Origin: Pecten maximus
Lineage: Eukaryota
Direction: 5' to 3'
NCBI RefSeq assembly: GCF_902652985.1
Contig: NC_047031.1
Span: 29,574,001-29,638,000, forward strand
DNA length: 64,000 bases
Shown here: positions 39,156 to 51,900 of the stretch, in pieces
How positions within the stretch are numbered: position 1 is the stretch's first letter
Layout: each line of letters opens with the position of its first letter
The notes under the pieces: generated by a model
What the model was told of the DNA's origin: nothing
The model's input: the letters and a program-made list of their open reading frames with translations, nothing else
The model's database searches: none
Made by a program: the position numbers and the translations under genes

Positions 39156-40096
39156 GTTGTTACTCTTAAAAATGGTTTTAAAAACACTTAGGAGACTTTG
39201 TCCTGATAAGTCCGTATAACCGAGAAAAAAAAACCTAGTTATGGCGATATATTTTGTTAAACAGGTCAAAATCGTCATTTTGACTGGGCGTTTCTGTCTA
39301 AATAATCGGTTTAAAGAGTTAAAGCTTAAATCTTAAGAGCCGAGATTCGAATTGATAGTGCCACAGACCGCTCACGAGAGACGTTTGAAATTGGTGCCTT
39401 TTTTCAGTTTCTCTTCAGTAGAAAACAAGAGTTACTAACATGCTTGTTCTGGCATGACAGTATACACGTAAATTGTGTTCTGTAACATAGAGGTTAGCTT
39501 ATTTATCCATGTTAAAATGTTCTGTCAAACTGTTATCAAACTGTGAGGTCGACGATACTTAAAGTATCAAATGACACATTGACATGTTATGAAAGATTAA
39601 TGCGATTTAGAATAAAATCTTGTCAATGGCTCAGATCAAGTGACTGTGTTTGCATTTGATAGCACTTATCCAGGAGTGAAATGCAAAACATTTTATTACG
39701 TCACGATACTTATCTCATCGATGTCAATAAAAGTACATCATATAATGAATTTGAAATTTTGTGATAATAAAATGTATTGTGATCACTGATTGTAATGTCA
39801 TTTGGAAACCTAGGACTATATAAAGAGAGGAGTATACGAGGCAAACCAGACATGGCAGAACCAAAAGGCCGGAAGTCTAAGAAAAAGTTAAAAAAGTGTC
39901 GTTAATTAATGTCTGCCTTTTGTTTGGCCGTGATGGAACTTAAATTTACCATGACTTGTATGCCACATTTACATGTACACATGTTTTTATACTTTTTTAA
40001 ATCCAACATTTTGCACCTCCACATCCAGATTTAGACATTTCTTTAAACATATTTTGGCTTTTTGGTCGCCTCCCATGACCACTTTAGTCCCTCAGA

Positions 40097-40136
40097 ATTA
40101 CTGACGAGTCCCCGAGGGATGAAACAGCTGTATGAT
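40097..40136 (+). ncRNA. Minimal type-I hammerhead ribozyme (Penelope-associated type)
   Basis: ATTA-CTGACGA-GTCCC(CGA)GGGAT-GAAA-C(AGCT)G-TA-TGAT: CUGANGA and GAAA boxes, 5-bp helix II, palindromic ACAGCTGT helix III, GUA cleavage triplet, and 4-bp helix I. Confidence 0.72.
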
Positions 40137-40349
40137 GCAGTTTAATTCATTTTTTACCTTTTGTATCAAACTCTCCCAATCTAGATTTTGCTATTTCCCA
40201 ATTAAGGTCCCGCTTTTGCCTTCTAGGTATCAATACGCTGAACCTTTAGCATCTCTGACGAGTTTACTTCATCTGTGCTTTACTGTGTCTATTTATATTT
40301 TGATATGTTGAAAAGGTGCTAATATCTTACAGCCTTTTTTACTATTTTT

Positions 40350-40412
40350 TGCATGAAAGATGTTGTTGACGAATCAAAAGACGCTTAACATTACGGAACA
40401 CCTGGTCTCTTC
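40350..40412 (+). mobile_element. Penelope-like 3' fragment
   Basis: tgttgttgacgaatcaaaagacgcttaacattacggaacacctggtc matches 24570-24617. Confidence 0.55.
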
Positions 40413-41194
40413 CCTCTTGTTTTTAAACAATATCAGTGTCAAATAATATTGACCTTCCATCCAGTACCACGCCTTCTGTCAGGAAACACATTATCCTAAG
40501 AATACCAATAATATCCATTGTACGAATAGCATAATCGCTCACTCACGATCTTTACTTCTCCACATACACACATATTGTGATAAAACTTCAATAATATATC
40601 AGACCATATACATGTATACATATTTTATTATCGTTTGTTTTATTCTATACTCTTCATTAGTCTTGTTTTTGTGTCTTCTGACGACTGAAGTATATATGCA
40701 ATGTAGATATTGAGAAATATATACACTGTACCTTCTAAAATTCTCCTCTTAATGCGTTTGTGAAAGTCGGAATCCGTATGGTACCATTCAGTTCACTCTT
40801 AACTTCATGCATTGCCATTTCTCAGTAAAGCCTTAGTTCTGAAGTGTTGACAGACGCCTCAGTAGCAGTGTGCAGTCCTTTGTTTTGTCTGTCTGTTAGA
40901 TGACGCACATATCATAAATCTTGATGACATCGATTGTCCAGCATGAAGCCTTCACGGACTGATATGTATCCTCTCTGTTAGACATTCAGATACATATTTA
41001 AGGAACGTGTCTGGTATTTTTTACCATTTTCTGTGATACAATTCTTGGTGTTCACGTCACAAAGCAAAAAGATTTTGTATCAATCTAGCTGGTAACTTAC
41101 CCAACTCCTTTATTCTTTTAAAAAAATAAACAAGCAAAAATATAATAACGAACGACGTGAATATACACAATCACATTCAAACTTGTTGAAAAGG

Positions 41195-41229
<35 letters not shown>

Positions 41230-41239
41230 CCACCACCAT

Positions 41240-41272
<33 letters not shown>
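41195..41272. repeat. Compound trinucleotide repeat (CAT)11(CAC)3CAT(CGT)5(CGG)5CGT
   Basis: Directly visible. Confidence 0.95.
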
Positions 41273-41273
<1 letters not shown>

Positions 41274-43167
41274 AAATGATACATATGTGAGAAACACGTC
41301 TGATATTTTCTATCATTATCTGATTTTAATACGTACATTTGTACGATGACAAAATGAAACATCTCCAACTACAGGCTCATTCGGTCAGGCGTTTGTCTTC
41401 CCGCAAGTTCAGTAGAAGTAGACAATGGCGTTGTCATAACAATAAGGCCAAGATATAAGTTTATCGTTGTTTAATAAAATCGATAGAAGACATCAGCATA
41501 CATCAAAGAAACATTTACAAAGAGAAATGTTAATCTTTGAACTTATCACATTGGTACTATTCTTTTAGATGACATTTCATACCAGCACACGGCATAAGAA
41601 CAGAAAACATACCGTGTGACACCAAACGTAGTGTTTCAAACACAAAGCCCTCAATGCATTAGTCTTTGATATGGATTTTTCGTCCGCAATGTTTCACTAA
41701 TCGTAGTTTGTCTTATTCCAGGATAATTTGGTATGAAAGAAATTACTCCATAGCTATGTAAATGTCATATTTTTATTTTTGAGAATGTGACTAAACCCGG
41801 GTTTGACCTACAATGTAGATTGGAATGACGGGTGTCTTTGGCAAAACAGAAGACTCGTACATAACGTACTTCAGTATTAATCTCCTTGCACTTTTTCTAG
41901 TGTCTCCATACAACTATATATTTATGGTTGTCACAGTAGCACTTAGTTTGACGGTATTTAAATAAAATAACTGCAGAAGACACTTCGATATATTTGTTTT
42001 ATATAAACTTGTTTGCTGGGCAATTATTTTTGAGGTATATAGCGAAATTCGATCCCTCGGTAATATACAACTGTACGGTTTTGCTATAATTTGTTCGTAA
42101 TTTACCATCGACTTTCACACTAATCGACATTACAAACACGTATCAGGAGACACAAAGAGCTACATTTGTAAATATCTTGACAAGTATTGTAACCCGGTAT
42201 TACCAATACTACCAAATAGTACTCACTCAATTCAGAAGCTCATTTCCAGGATCTAATAATGTGGTTAAAGCCACATAACAGATGCTGGCATTTTTATATA
42301 TTTACATTTGCTCCGCATTTCCCCATTGACACAATGCTAAGAGGCAGTTGCCACCATACACCTACAACACCCAGTGCCTCAGGCTATAACACCCAGTGGG
42401 TCATGTGACATTAAAAAAGGCGGGATTTTTTTTTTGTTGGTTCAGTTTTTTTCAAAGTTGACGGAAATGGTAAGTCAATGTAAATATAAGTATTGAACAG
42501 TGGTTTTAATGTTGTTATAGTCGATATGGCAGCAAGATAGATGGTGGGCAAATGTGGCATGTTCATTGCTTAAACATTTTCACCACTGAAAAATTATAAT
42601 TTGTTATTGTTAAAATGCTGATACGGTTCTAAATATACACCATCTTGACATACTTGTATCTAATGAAGAAATACTTACTGTTACATTTGTCCTACTTTAG
42701 TAAACATTCTACCACATGTGACAAAATTTGTGTTGAATGTAACCGGTACTTACGGTAAAAAAAACCGATAACTTAATCATTATGTTCCCCTACAGAATGG
42801 GGACATGTGTAACACATGTTGTGTGTGGTATATTCTTTCCACTCGACTTAATTCAAATATATCAATAAAAATGGGTTTTCAATTAGACCTGTATACAAAT
42901 AATAAGATCTAAACATGCAAAACATTTCAATCCTACCTTCCTATTTAGCATTGACATATGATCGATTGACATTCATTTTGCATGTTAATCTAGGACTTTT
43001 GTTTTAACGTCCTATCAACATCAATGGTCATTCAATATGCTGGAGTGTAGTCAATGTGCTTTGGAAGCTGTGGTATATCTGTGTTTGTCTCCTTGTGGTA
43101 GTGAAAACCTGACTTCGCTTACTCAGTTGGTCTAGCGTGTTATAATGAACAGTAGGGATTTGTTGAA

Positions 43168-43542
43168 TTTTCGACATAGCCGTATATTATTCTTTTGGCC
43201 CCGGATATGACGCGACAGGCGGCGTTACTGGTCATGATGAAGTATGTGATTGGTCATGATCAATGAAGCGGTAAATGCAAAATGCAGGTATACAGTTAAA
43301 ACGAAGCAAATTTAAAATTGAATGCAAGCTGAATAAGTGGTTGTATTTTATCAAATGACACTTAATAAAATTATATTCCTGATTCAAATGCCGTCTAATT
43401 ATCATCGAAAATTATTCAAACTGATATACTTTTGTTATTCGTGCTGAAACGCATTAGTCCGTTAGTTTATTTCACCACCAGTTTCACTTTATAACCACCA
43501 GCAACTCTGCCGTTTATCTTTTTTAAAGATATTTCTTGTTTT
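43168..43542 (+). mobile_element. ~375-bp HINE/Helentron-like non-autonomous element, copy 1
   Basis: Reverse-complement homologue at 47636-48010; subterminal inverted repeats (cg.catag / ct.tgccg), 3' hairpin tatcttt..aaagata, and CTTGTT end in T-rich sequence. Confidence 0.75.
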
Positions 43543-44219
43543 ACTTTTGATGTTGAATTAATTACATACCGTTTATAAGTGAACTTTTCATTCGTTCATC
43601 TTGATAGTGATGGTATTATTGTACATACCTATGCAGTACGTGATACTAGGGCAGTTAATAAAATGAAAATGCGCTCTTCATATATACCTGTTCAGTGAGA
43701 CATTTTACCCTGCAAGTAGGTTTACGTTTTGTTCAACCAATTGAAAGATTTGTATGAGGCTACTTAATTTCTTACTTCCAATCTCTTCTTTAGAACGGTC
43801 TCAGTTTTGGCCTAAAGATGAGCGTTCCAATTAGGTGTACTGGTTCTGTGCTCTGGTCGAAACAAACCCAAGTCTGTAAATACCACATTCTACTTGATGT
43901 TAATATGTTAAATTAGCAGGAAACGTCATGACAACTTTAACATTTGCAATTTGGCGGTACCAGAGCGTCCATCAGGTATACATTATTTCAGCAAGATAAC
44001 ACTATACTAATAGTAAAAGCGTTTGTAAGAAGCTCCACCTTCGAAGACATCGTCTCTTAATTATCTTCCTGAGTTGATGGCAGTTAAAACAATTCCAAAC
44101 AAAACTAAGAACATCGTATCATAACGGCTGATTTTCAAGGCTTCTTTGAATCAAACATACCTGGTAATACCGTACCAGTTTGTATTTTCTATTAATCTTA
44201 AAGACGACTTGCCTATATA

Positions 44220-44592
44220 TACTTATCAAAAACTTGTGCAGGTATGTTGTAATTTTGTGGTATATGGACTGATTAGCTATGGTCGAGTTATAAATAGTTA
44301 TGAAAATATGTACAGGTATGTTGTAGTTATGTGGGATTTGACCGATGGTAGGACTGTATAAGATTATCAAAACTTGAACAGGTATGTTATAGTTATGTGA
44401 GTTGTGAAATCTTCACCGAAGGTTGGGCTATATATTATTATCAAAACTTGTACAGGTATGTTGTAACAATGTGGAATTTGACCGATGGTGAACTGTATAT
44501 AATTATCAAAATATGTACAGATATGCTGTATTTATGTGGAATTTGGATTCATTACCGATGGTTTGTCTTTATATAATTATCCAAACTTTTGC
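44220..44592. repeat. Degenerate ~65-75-bp tandem repeat (ttatcaaaacttgtacaggtatgttgta...accgatgg), ~5.5 copies
   Basis: Anchors at ~44223, 44298, 44364, 44438, 44503 and 44577; long and short units alternate. Confidence 0.85.
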
Positions 44593-45517
44593 CTGTATAA
44601 TGATCATTCACTTGTCACGATAGCTTGTAAAGTATGGATGATAACTTTGTTGTTATCTATGAAATAGTCAAACATTTTTGAACTAACATACTAGTAGCGA
44701 TTCATGGACACCTTATCATACAGGAAATTGATTTGTTTATATAAATCATCTTGACATCAATTCCTTTTGTGTTCACTTTATCATTGTATATGTAATAATT
44801 TAATATATACAAGGTCATTAACATGTCATTATAGACCTAACTGTTATGTACATACACAATTAAAATTCTTTCTACTCACACAGTAAATTACACCAGGAAA
44901 CATTTAACCTTTTGGGTCAACAACTCATAGTGTGTGTGATAATACGTATAAGTAAAGTATAGCGAAACAATTGACGGAAGAAGAAAGACTCGTGCCCAGA
45001 CCTTACCTCTTAAAATTCTTTTTATATCGGAATTGTTCTAAAGTATCTGTTGAATGAGTCAAGCAACATTATTTTTCTCCTTTGTACCTCGGTTTCATAC
45101 TGTTTTTTTTTTTAAATATTGTCTCACACCATCTTCATTTTTCTTGTATTCCCTGCATCAGATGTACATAGTGGTTGGTTTAGTTTTCAATGGTCAGACA
45201 AATGTGACATGACGTCTCCAGTAGCGATATTTCACGTCATATTGATAACTAATAGTATAAAGGAAAGTTTGTAAGTGTTTTTACTGAATCAAAATGTTTC
45301 AAACAAATGAGGAAATTGGAGCAGCTAATAACTCGAATACAATTCCAAGGATGCTATCGTCGAATAGTGCAAATGCACTCATCTACGGAAAACAACAGGA
45401 AAAGAACATACACTTGTAATACATATACATAACAGGTCGTATATTTATAAACCTAACAGTTGTCATTCAAGTACTACATATTTTGATACATTTGAAGACT
45501 TAATGCCTAGTTGTTTG

Positions 45518-45519
<2 letters not shown>

Positions 45520-45574
<55 letters not shown>
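45520..45574. repeat. (AG)n microsatellite
   Basis: Directly visible. Confidence 0.95.
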
Positions 45575-45576
<2 letters not shown>

Positions 45577-45837
45577 AAAAGCTGCACTGGCAGTCGTGTA
45601 TTAATAAAATGGTATTGGTGTTCTAGCCATGAAGACATAAACAGGAAGTACTGGCAATGCGTACAAACTAAGAGTGCTGCACTCGGTGTAAACATCCAGA
45701 TATATACAAGTGTAAACCTGATATTTCTATAATTCATCATCCTGCATTATCAAACGAAAAACCTTAGATGATTTATGATATGTAATTAATTAAATTATAA
45801 CTCAACATCAGTAAAATTAAAACATCATTTATATTTT

Positions 45838-45839
<2 letters not shown>

Positions 45840-45879
<40 letters not shown>

Positions 45880-45983
45880 TCTCCTTTTCCCCTCTCTGTC
45901 TTCCTTTCTCTTTTTCCCTCTGTCTCCCGGTCTCTCTCTGTCTCTCTATATCTCCCTCTCTTTGTGTGTGTGTCTCTCTCTCT
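45840..45983. repeat. (CT)n microsatellite with degenerate pyrimidine-rich extension
   Basis: Directly visible. Confidence 0.9.
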
Positions 45984-46339
45984 GAACATGGTGAAACTTT
46001 TAAGAACTATTGCAAGCTTGTGTTATCACTAAATCAGAAAAAACAAGGTTTACCAAAAACTTATTATCACAGATGATTTTGTAAGGCATTTGTGGATTAC
46101 TTCAAGCTTGGGTTATGGTAATGCATTGCTCTTCGGTGTATCTGATAAACAAACTCGCAGCGTACAGAGGGTCCAAAACACTTCAGCAGACCTGGTTATC
46201 CGACATATCACACCAGTGCTTTATTCAGGTCAATGTGCAATACTTTGATGTGCATACACAAGGTATCAAACAAACCAGTTCTTCCGCAGTTTTTATAGGA
46301 GCTAGCTTCACGATTACTTCTATCAGAGACAGAACCATT

Positions 46340-46555
46340 TGATTTGGTTTATTTTGTTTAACGTCCTATTAACAGCCAGGGTCATTTAAGGACGTGCCAG
46401 GTTTAAGAGGTGGAGGAAAGCCGGAGTACCCGGAGAAAAGCCACCGGCCTACAGTCAGTACCTGGCAACTGCCCAACATAGGTTTCGAACTCGCGACCCA
46501 GAGGTGGAGGGCTAGTGGTAAAGTGTCGGGACACCTTAACCCCTCGGCCCCGGCA
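46340..46555 (-). mobile_element. Near full-length V-domain SINE (same family as 21683-21906)
   Basis: Reverse-complement match along the whole length; possible degenerate TSD agaa(c/t)catt at 46331 and 46561. Confidence 0.92.
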
Positions 46556-47635
46556 GAACTAGAATCATTGTACTCTCGTTTCGCAACTTATTGTAATATG
46601 TGTTATGGAAAGGCAGCAACTACTTTTTGGAATGGCTCACTGTTAACTACCAGGAATTGAAACATCTAGCCAAGTTAAAAAATTATATGAAAATCTTGAT
46701 ATTTTCGTCATTTTGAGAACTGAAAACGTCAATCGATGTTATTAAACGCATCTGTGGTTTATATGTATACGTTATTCGTGTTATGTACATTGTGTATAGC
46801 TAGGAATATTAGCATAATATGCAATTTGAGAGCATTACAGTAATTTAGCAAATTGGATAATGCGTTATATAAATGTTTACCATTATTATTGTAATTGTTT
46901 AACGTCCTATTATCTAAATAATGCTATTTATTTTCACTTTAATATCATGTCGTAGACACATTATATAATTCGCATGGCGTTTATCCTCTCCTTGATAATG
47001 ACGCCGAGATGTGCCCGTTATATAACATGTTACATACATATATAAATGTCATATTGAGGACCCCAATTCTTCATGGCCATGAGACAGAACCAATGATATT
47101 CCAATAGATGGCATCGTGTATAGCTAAAGGCCAAAAGTAAGACAGACAGTTAAAAAGAGATGACCTGTTTTTCGAAAGAAGGAAAGCATGAGATCCTAAT
47201 ATTTAGTCGCCTCTGACGAATCATGCGATTGGGTATCTCACTACTTGGATGAAGATTTCCAATATTTTTAACAATCTGAGTTTCTATTGAAAAAAACCCC
47301 AACAAAACAACAACAAAAAGCTTTTATTTACATATGTGTTCCTTTACTATTCATCAAAATAAACACATTCTTCCCGTCGTGTGATACCGCAACCAGCATT
47401 CATAGTATATATCTGAACTTCCGCTGAACCTCAACCACGATATCTATAGAAGCATAACAATGATTCATTATAACTGTAGGGCATACCATGCTAGTTTTCT
47501 TTAACAATAGAACAACGTTAACAAAAAACTCGAGAACGGATGATAGGAAAAAGACATATTAAAAATGAGAATACCGACATTGTGACGAAACCAATATTCC
47601 AACTCAAACTCGATATATAATGGCAAGATATGAAT

Positions 47636-48010
47636 AACAAGAAATATCTTTAAAAAAGATAAACGGCATAGTTTTAATGCTGGTCGGTTATAATGTAAAA
47701 TTGCTGGTGAAATAAATCAACGAACTAATACGTTTCAGCACGGATAACAAAATTGTATCAGTTTGAATCATTTTTGGTGATAATAAGACTGTATTTGAAT
47801 CAGGAATATAATTTTATCAATGTGTCATTTGAATAGATACATTCACTTATTCAGCTTACATTCAATCTTAACTTTGTTTCGTTTTTATCTGAATATCTGC
47901 ACTTTGCATTTACCGCTACATTGACCAATCACATACTTCATCTTGACCAGTAACGCCACCTGTCGCGTCATATCCGGGGCAAAAAGAAAAGTATACGGCT
48001 ATGCCGAAAA
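47636..48010 (-). mobile_element. ~375-bp HINE/Helentron-like element, copy 2 (inverted), apparently inserted in a Penelope-like remnant
   Basis: aacaagaaatatctttaaaaaagataaacggcatag ... cggctatgccgaaaa; PLE-like pieces on both sides (47560-47630 and 48040-48105). Confidence 0.75.
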
Positions 48011-48764
48011 AAATATATTTCCATTGAGACCCTTGACAAAGTACAAGACCGAGTACTCCAAAATAGTAAGCGTCCTCTGCTTCATTGATGACACCAGCTG
48101 TCAATCAGGGAATAAAATGTCTAACTTTAAATCAATAAAATGAAACAAAATATCGATTAACATAGAGATATTGAAAGACGGTACAAGGTGCGATAAGAGA
48201 AGGATTTTCTGCGTCGTCAACGACACACGTAGAACAAATCTAGGCCAAATCAAGTTTACGTCTCATACAAGCAGTTCTATTTATTTTCAATATCATCCAC
48301 TTTATTGCAAAAAAATCTTTTCTTGACGGTACTGATGGTTTTCCCAGTTTTGACAAGGTAAATTGATCCCTCTCCAGAATCAGTTCTTCCGTTTTCATAT
48401 TCCAAAAATAAATGAAATATTCGTAAAAATGATGTCAACATGGCAGGAATATTACGTGAGATGTATAATCGGGATTAAATTAATATTCTTCTGACAGATT
48501 ATTGATATTTGACAGTCATGCAGATTAAAACAATTCGTGCAAAAAACAGCTTCATCAGAGGGACGCGTACAAAACAAGGGAAAGGATTACCAGTGATATT
48601 CAATCGGGGAACTAGAGCCGTGTATATATTTGGTATTAACTGGTTCAGGAGTAAAGGTACGCGTACCTTCAAATATTACCTGCTTTAAATAAGTTCTTCC
48701 TTGATGTAGAATTTGTAGAATTAACAGACGTTTGCATTATCAGAGTTAGGTTATTTTAGTTAAT

Positions 48765-48985
48765 TTGTTAGCCTGCTTTATTACCCCGTTAACAACCAGG
48801 GTCAGTTTTAGTCTGTGTTTCCTTGTAGTAGTTGGTGACTACCTCACTGAACAATATACTGAAGGCCCGTCGCATTCCATCTACGACAGCACAGACCGGT
48901 TAGTTTCTCAGCTTTATGAAAAATACAAACCAAGATATAATCGAACCACGCACCAGGGATCTTATATGAGGTTACGTGGTTCTAA
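48765..48985 (-). mobile_element. CORE-like SINE remnant
   Basis: ccagggtca..tccttgtagtagttggt...gtttctcagctt...ggatctt...gttacgtgg, shared with 37775-38065. Confidence 0.6.
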
Positions 48986-51900
48986 ATCCTATAAGCTATA
49001 GCTGCCAAATAATTTGGGCTCTAAAAAAGGCCCAATATACAATGTATGTGCCAAATTAAAACCACGACACAAGATATATGATATCTATGCGTATTTTAAG
49101 ATAGACGAATAGATATTACAAATGCGATTCTATGTAAAATGAATAATTTAGAGTAATAATAATTATCTATTAGCACAACAACATTCAAGACTACACTTAT
49201 AGTGTTATCACATTGGAATGCATCACCTATCTAACCTAGTCACTAGACTACTGGCAAAGATGTCATCAATACCAGTATAGCTAGTGGATGACCAAGTCAG
49301 AATTCTATAGACAGCCGATGGTCTCGTCTCAAGGGAAACAGAAGCTCTATCTGTAAAAGAGTCGAACTCCAAACTAAATGTCAAATGTAAGGTCGTTCCT
49401 ACGCCGTTAAAATTGGACTGTAGTGGGACAACAATAGGAAAGAAGAAATATGATCCCAAATGTTATGGCGTCCTACAAATTGTTAACAAAATGTAGAACG
49501 TCCTACCTGCGGGATGCAAAAAAACAAAACAAAATAGATATATAAATTAATCACCCAATTCAAAAGACATGAGACTTATTGATACAAAGAAATAATACCG
49601 CCTGATGATACAGTAGTAACTTGAACTTGATGACATATGATACATTAGTTATTCTTTTAAAACCTGTGGGATTGAAACTAAAGCAACGCATCTGAAACGT
49701 CCAAATAAAAACCACCACCTGAAAATGCCATATAAATCGTGAGTCTGCACACACGGAAGGCTGAAATATAATAATGTCGTTATTCCCAGCCTGTATATAA
49801 TATATCCCTGAGGCCAGTTGAACATTAAGTTACAAATTAAGTCCTTCACCACTGCGGTACTTAGATGGCCTTGCCCATTCCATAAGGACCCTATGTACGT
49901 GTGCGTGTGTGTTTTAAGTGTGTCCCCTGTACAAGTTTAGTGCCTGACACATAAGCCCCACACGTTACTTACTGATGTAGAATGACAACCTAACTTAATA
50001 CATACCTTGTCGCATAATCGGTTAACACACTGGGAAAATACGTAAGTGTAGCATGTATTAAGTGTTTTATTGGATATAAGTCAAGGGGAGACAGTTTAAT
50101 ATACAAGTATAACACGTTACGAATGTTTAAAGAAATCAAGTATTGTGCTAATTGCTGTATGTTAACACATATAATGATAGTGAGTCATTAAAAAGTAAAA
50201 CCGTATACATATATTATCACATTTTAGCATACGTTGTAAGTGTCTGGAGAGGTATGCTAACTAACGACATGTATTTTAGTATAACAACACTCCGTAGATA
50301 TCGAACGTCTGTATGGTTGATTTATCTCCTAATTAAGTGGTGAAGGTTCGTTTTTGAGGATTTGCTTTTGAAATGGTGTACATATTAAGAACATATTTGG
50401 ATTTCGGATACACTGTGTCGTTATTATATTAGGTACCGTTTCTGATACGAACTCAAATAGAGGTGGATTATACAATTCTAAAAAAAAATCCAAAGTGTCT
50501 AAAAATAGATTTATATACATCCTGCTTTGAAATATTTTATTTAAAAAGGATCTTATAACATTTAGCGGGCAACCAACCTCAGAAAACAGACGAAGATTTT
50601 GAAAGTGCATATTGTATGTGTTACCAAGCTTGTTAACAAACTACTGACTGGTACAGACAGCCGCGTTAGCAGTCTTAGATTCATAAGTAGGCTGCGAGGA
50701 ATAGCAGGACAGTGCGTACAAATGTTAATTCCTGATACAACCAGCCTACTACAGTGACGGCGTGGTACAATTCAATCCTTCTCCGGATTACTGACGACGA
50801 GAAGATCTAGATCTGTTTAAGATCAGAGAAGTAGAGCCATACCTGTTATCGAGATAACGTGATATATTGGTGGCCTTTTTACCTGTAGTATCTCGTAATA
50901 ATTACGTGCGTAGAGTTTAAGGTATCCACACGTTACCTGGTCAGACAATTTGTATGTTTTATGAATAGTGTTATACAACCCTGGAAGGTTCGAGAATCTA
51001 TTTATATACCATATCAAATGTTGTCGTCAGGAAAAATAGCATAGCTAGATATGATCAACGACAAATTTATTCAAACATTTTGTTCATAATAATTTCCGAC
51101 TCGCTATAAATAACAGTCCTAAGTGCCTATCTGATACTGGATCGTTTCTCTCAGTTCGAATATTTTTTTAAAATTATTTGTTTACCTAATTGGGATGGAT
51201 GAATGGTAAGGATTTAAAGGTTTTCATGAAACTAACTATAACATATTAAATACTATACGACTACTTTACGAAATTGACTTAGGTTTCTTTAAGGTGACAA
51301 GCATATCTAATACATAAACTTATCACACCTGTAATTACAATGAACAGGTGCCAAGGTATACTAGCAGGTATTTTTGTCTAAATCTCTTCATATTTTCCAG
51401 TATCACATTTCTACTGAAATATTCTTAAAAATATCCATATTAAGTTAAATTGTATAAACAAGGAGCAACTTACGAAAGGCGACTTCGTTAATTGATCGTC
51501 AACATGACTAAGCTGATATCTATAGAATGAATAATTTATTCCAATCACGATTGAAATATCGTATCTTCAAAGGAAGATTATGACTAATAGGTTATTGATA
51601 CGACATATGCGGTAATCTTAACACCATTTAAATTCCGTATAATTTAAAATCTGAATGTTATGATAAAAAAATGTTTACTCAGGACAATTATTAAAATATT
51701 TTTTTTATATTTTTATTAATAAATTAATACAGAACACGGATAACATTTTGTACATACATCAGCAAATCATTGCTCAAGTGTTATTAATCAAACACACACT
51801 ATAAATTCCTCATCTTCTGTAAATAGGACAAAAGCATTTCCCATAACGCAAATTTAGTCTAATACTCTAAGCTCTAAACCTCACATCCTCAATGCGAGCA

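Noticed and set aside
43168-48010. A single 4.8-kb transposon with 375-bp TIRs
   Set aside because: Each copy has self-contained HINE-like ends, there is no transposase or TSD, and one copy appears to interrupt an older element.
49223-49459. YTGIDDIF resembling an RT catalytic motif
   Set aside because: No upstream RT motifs in the frame.
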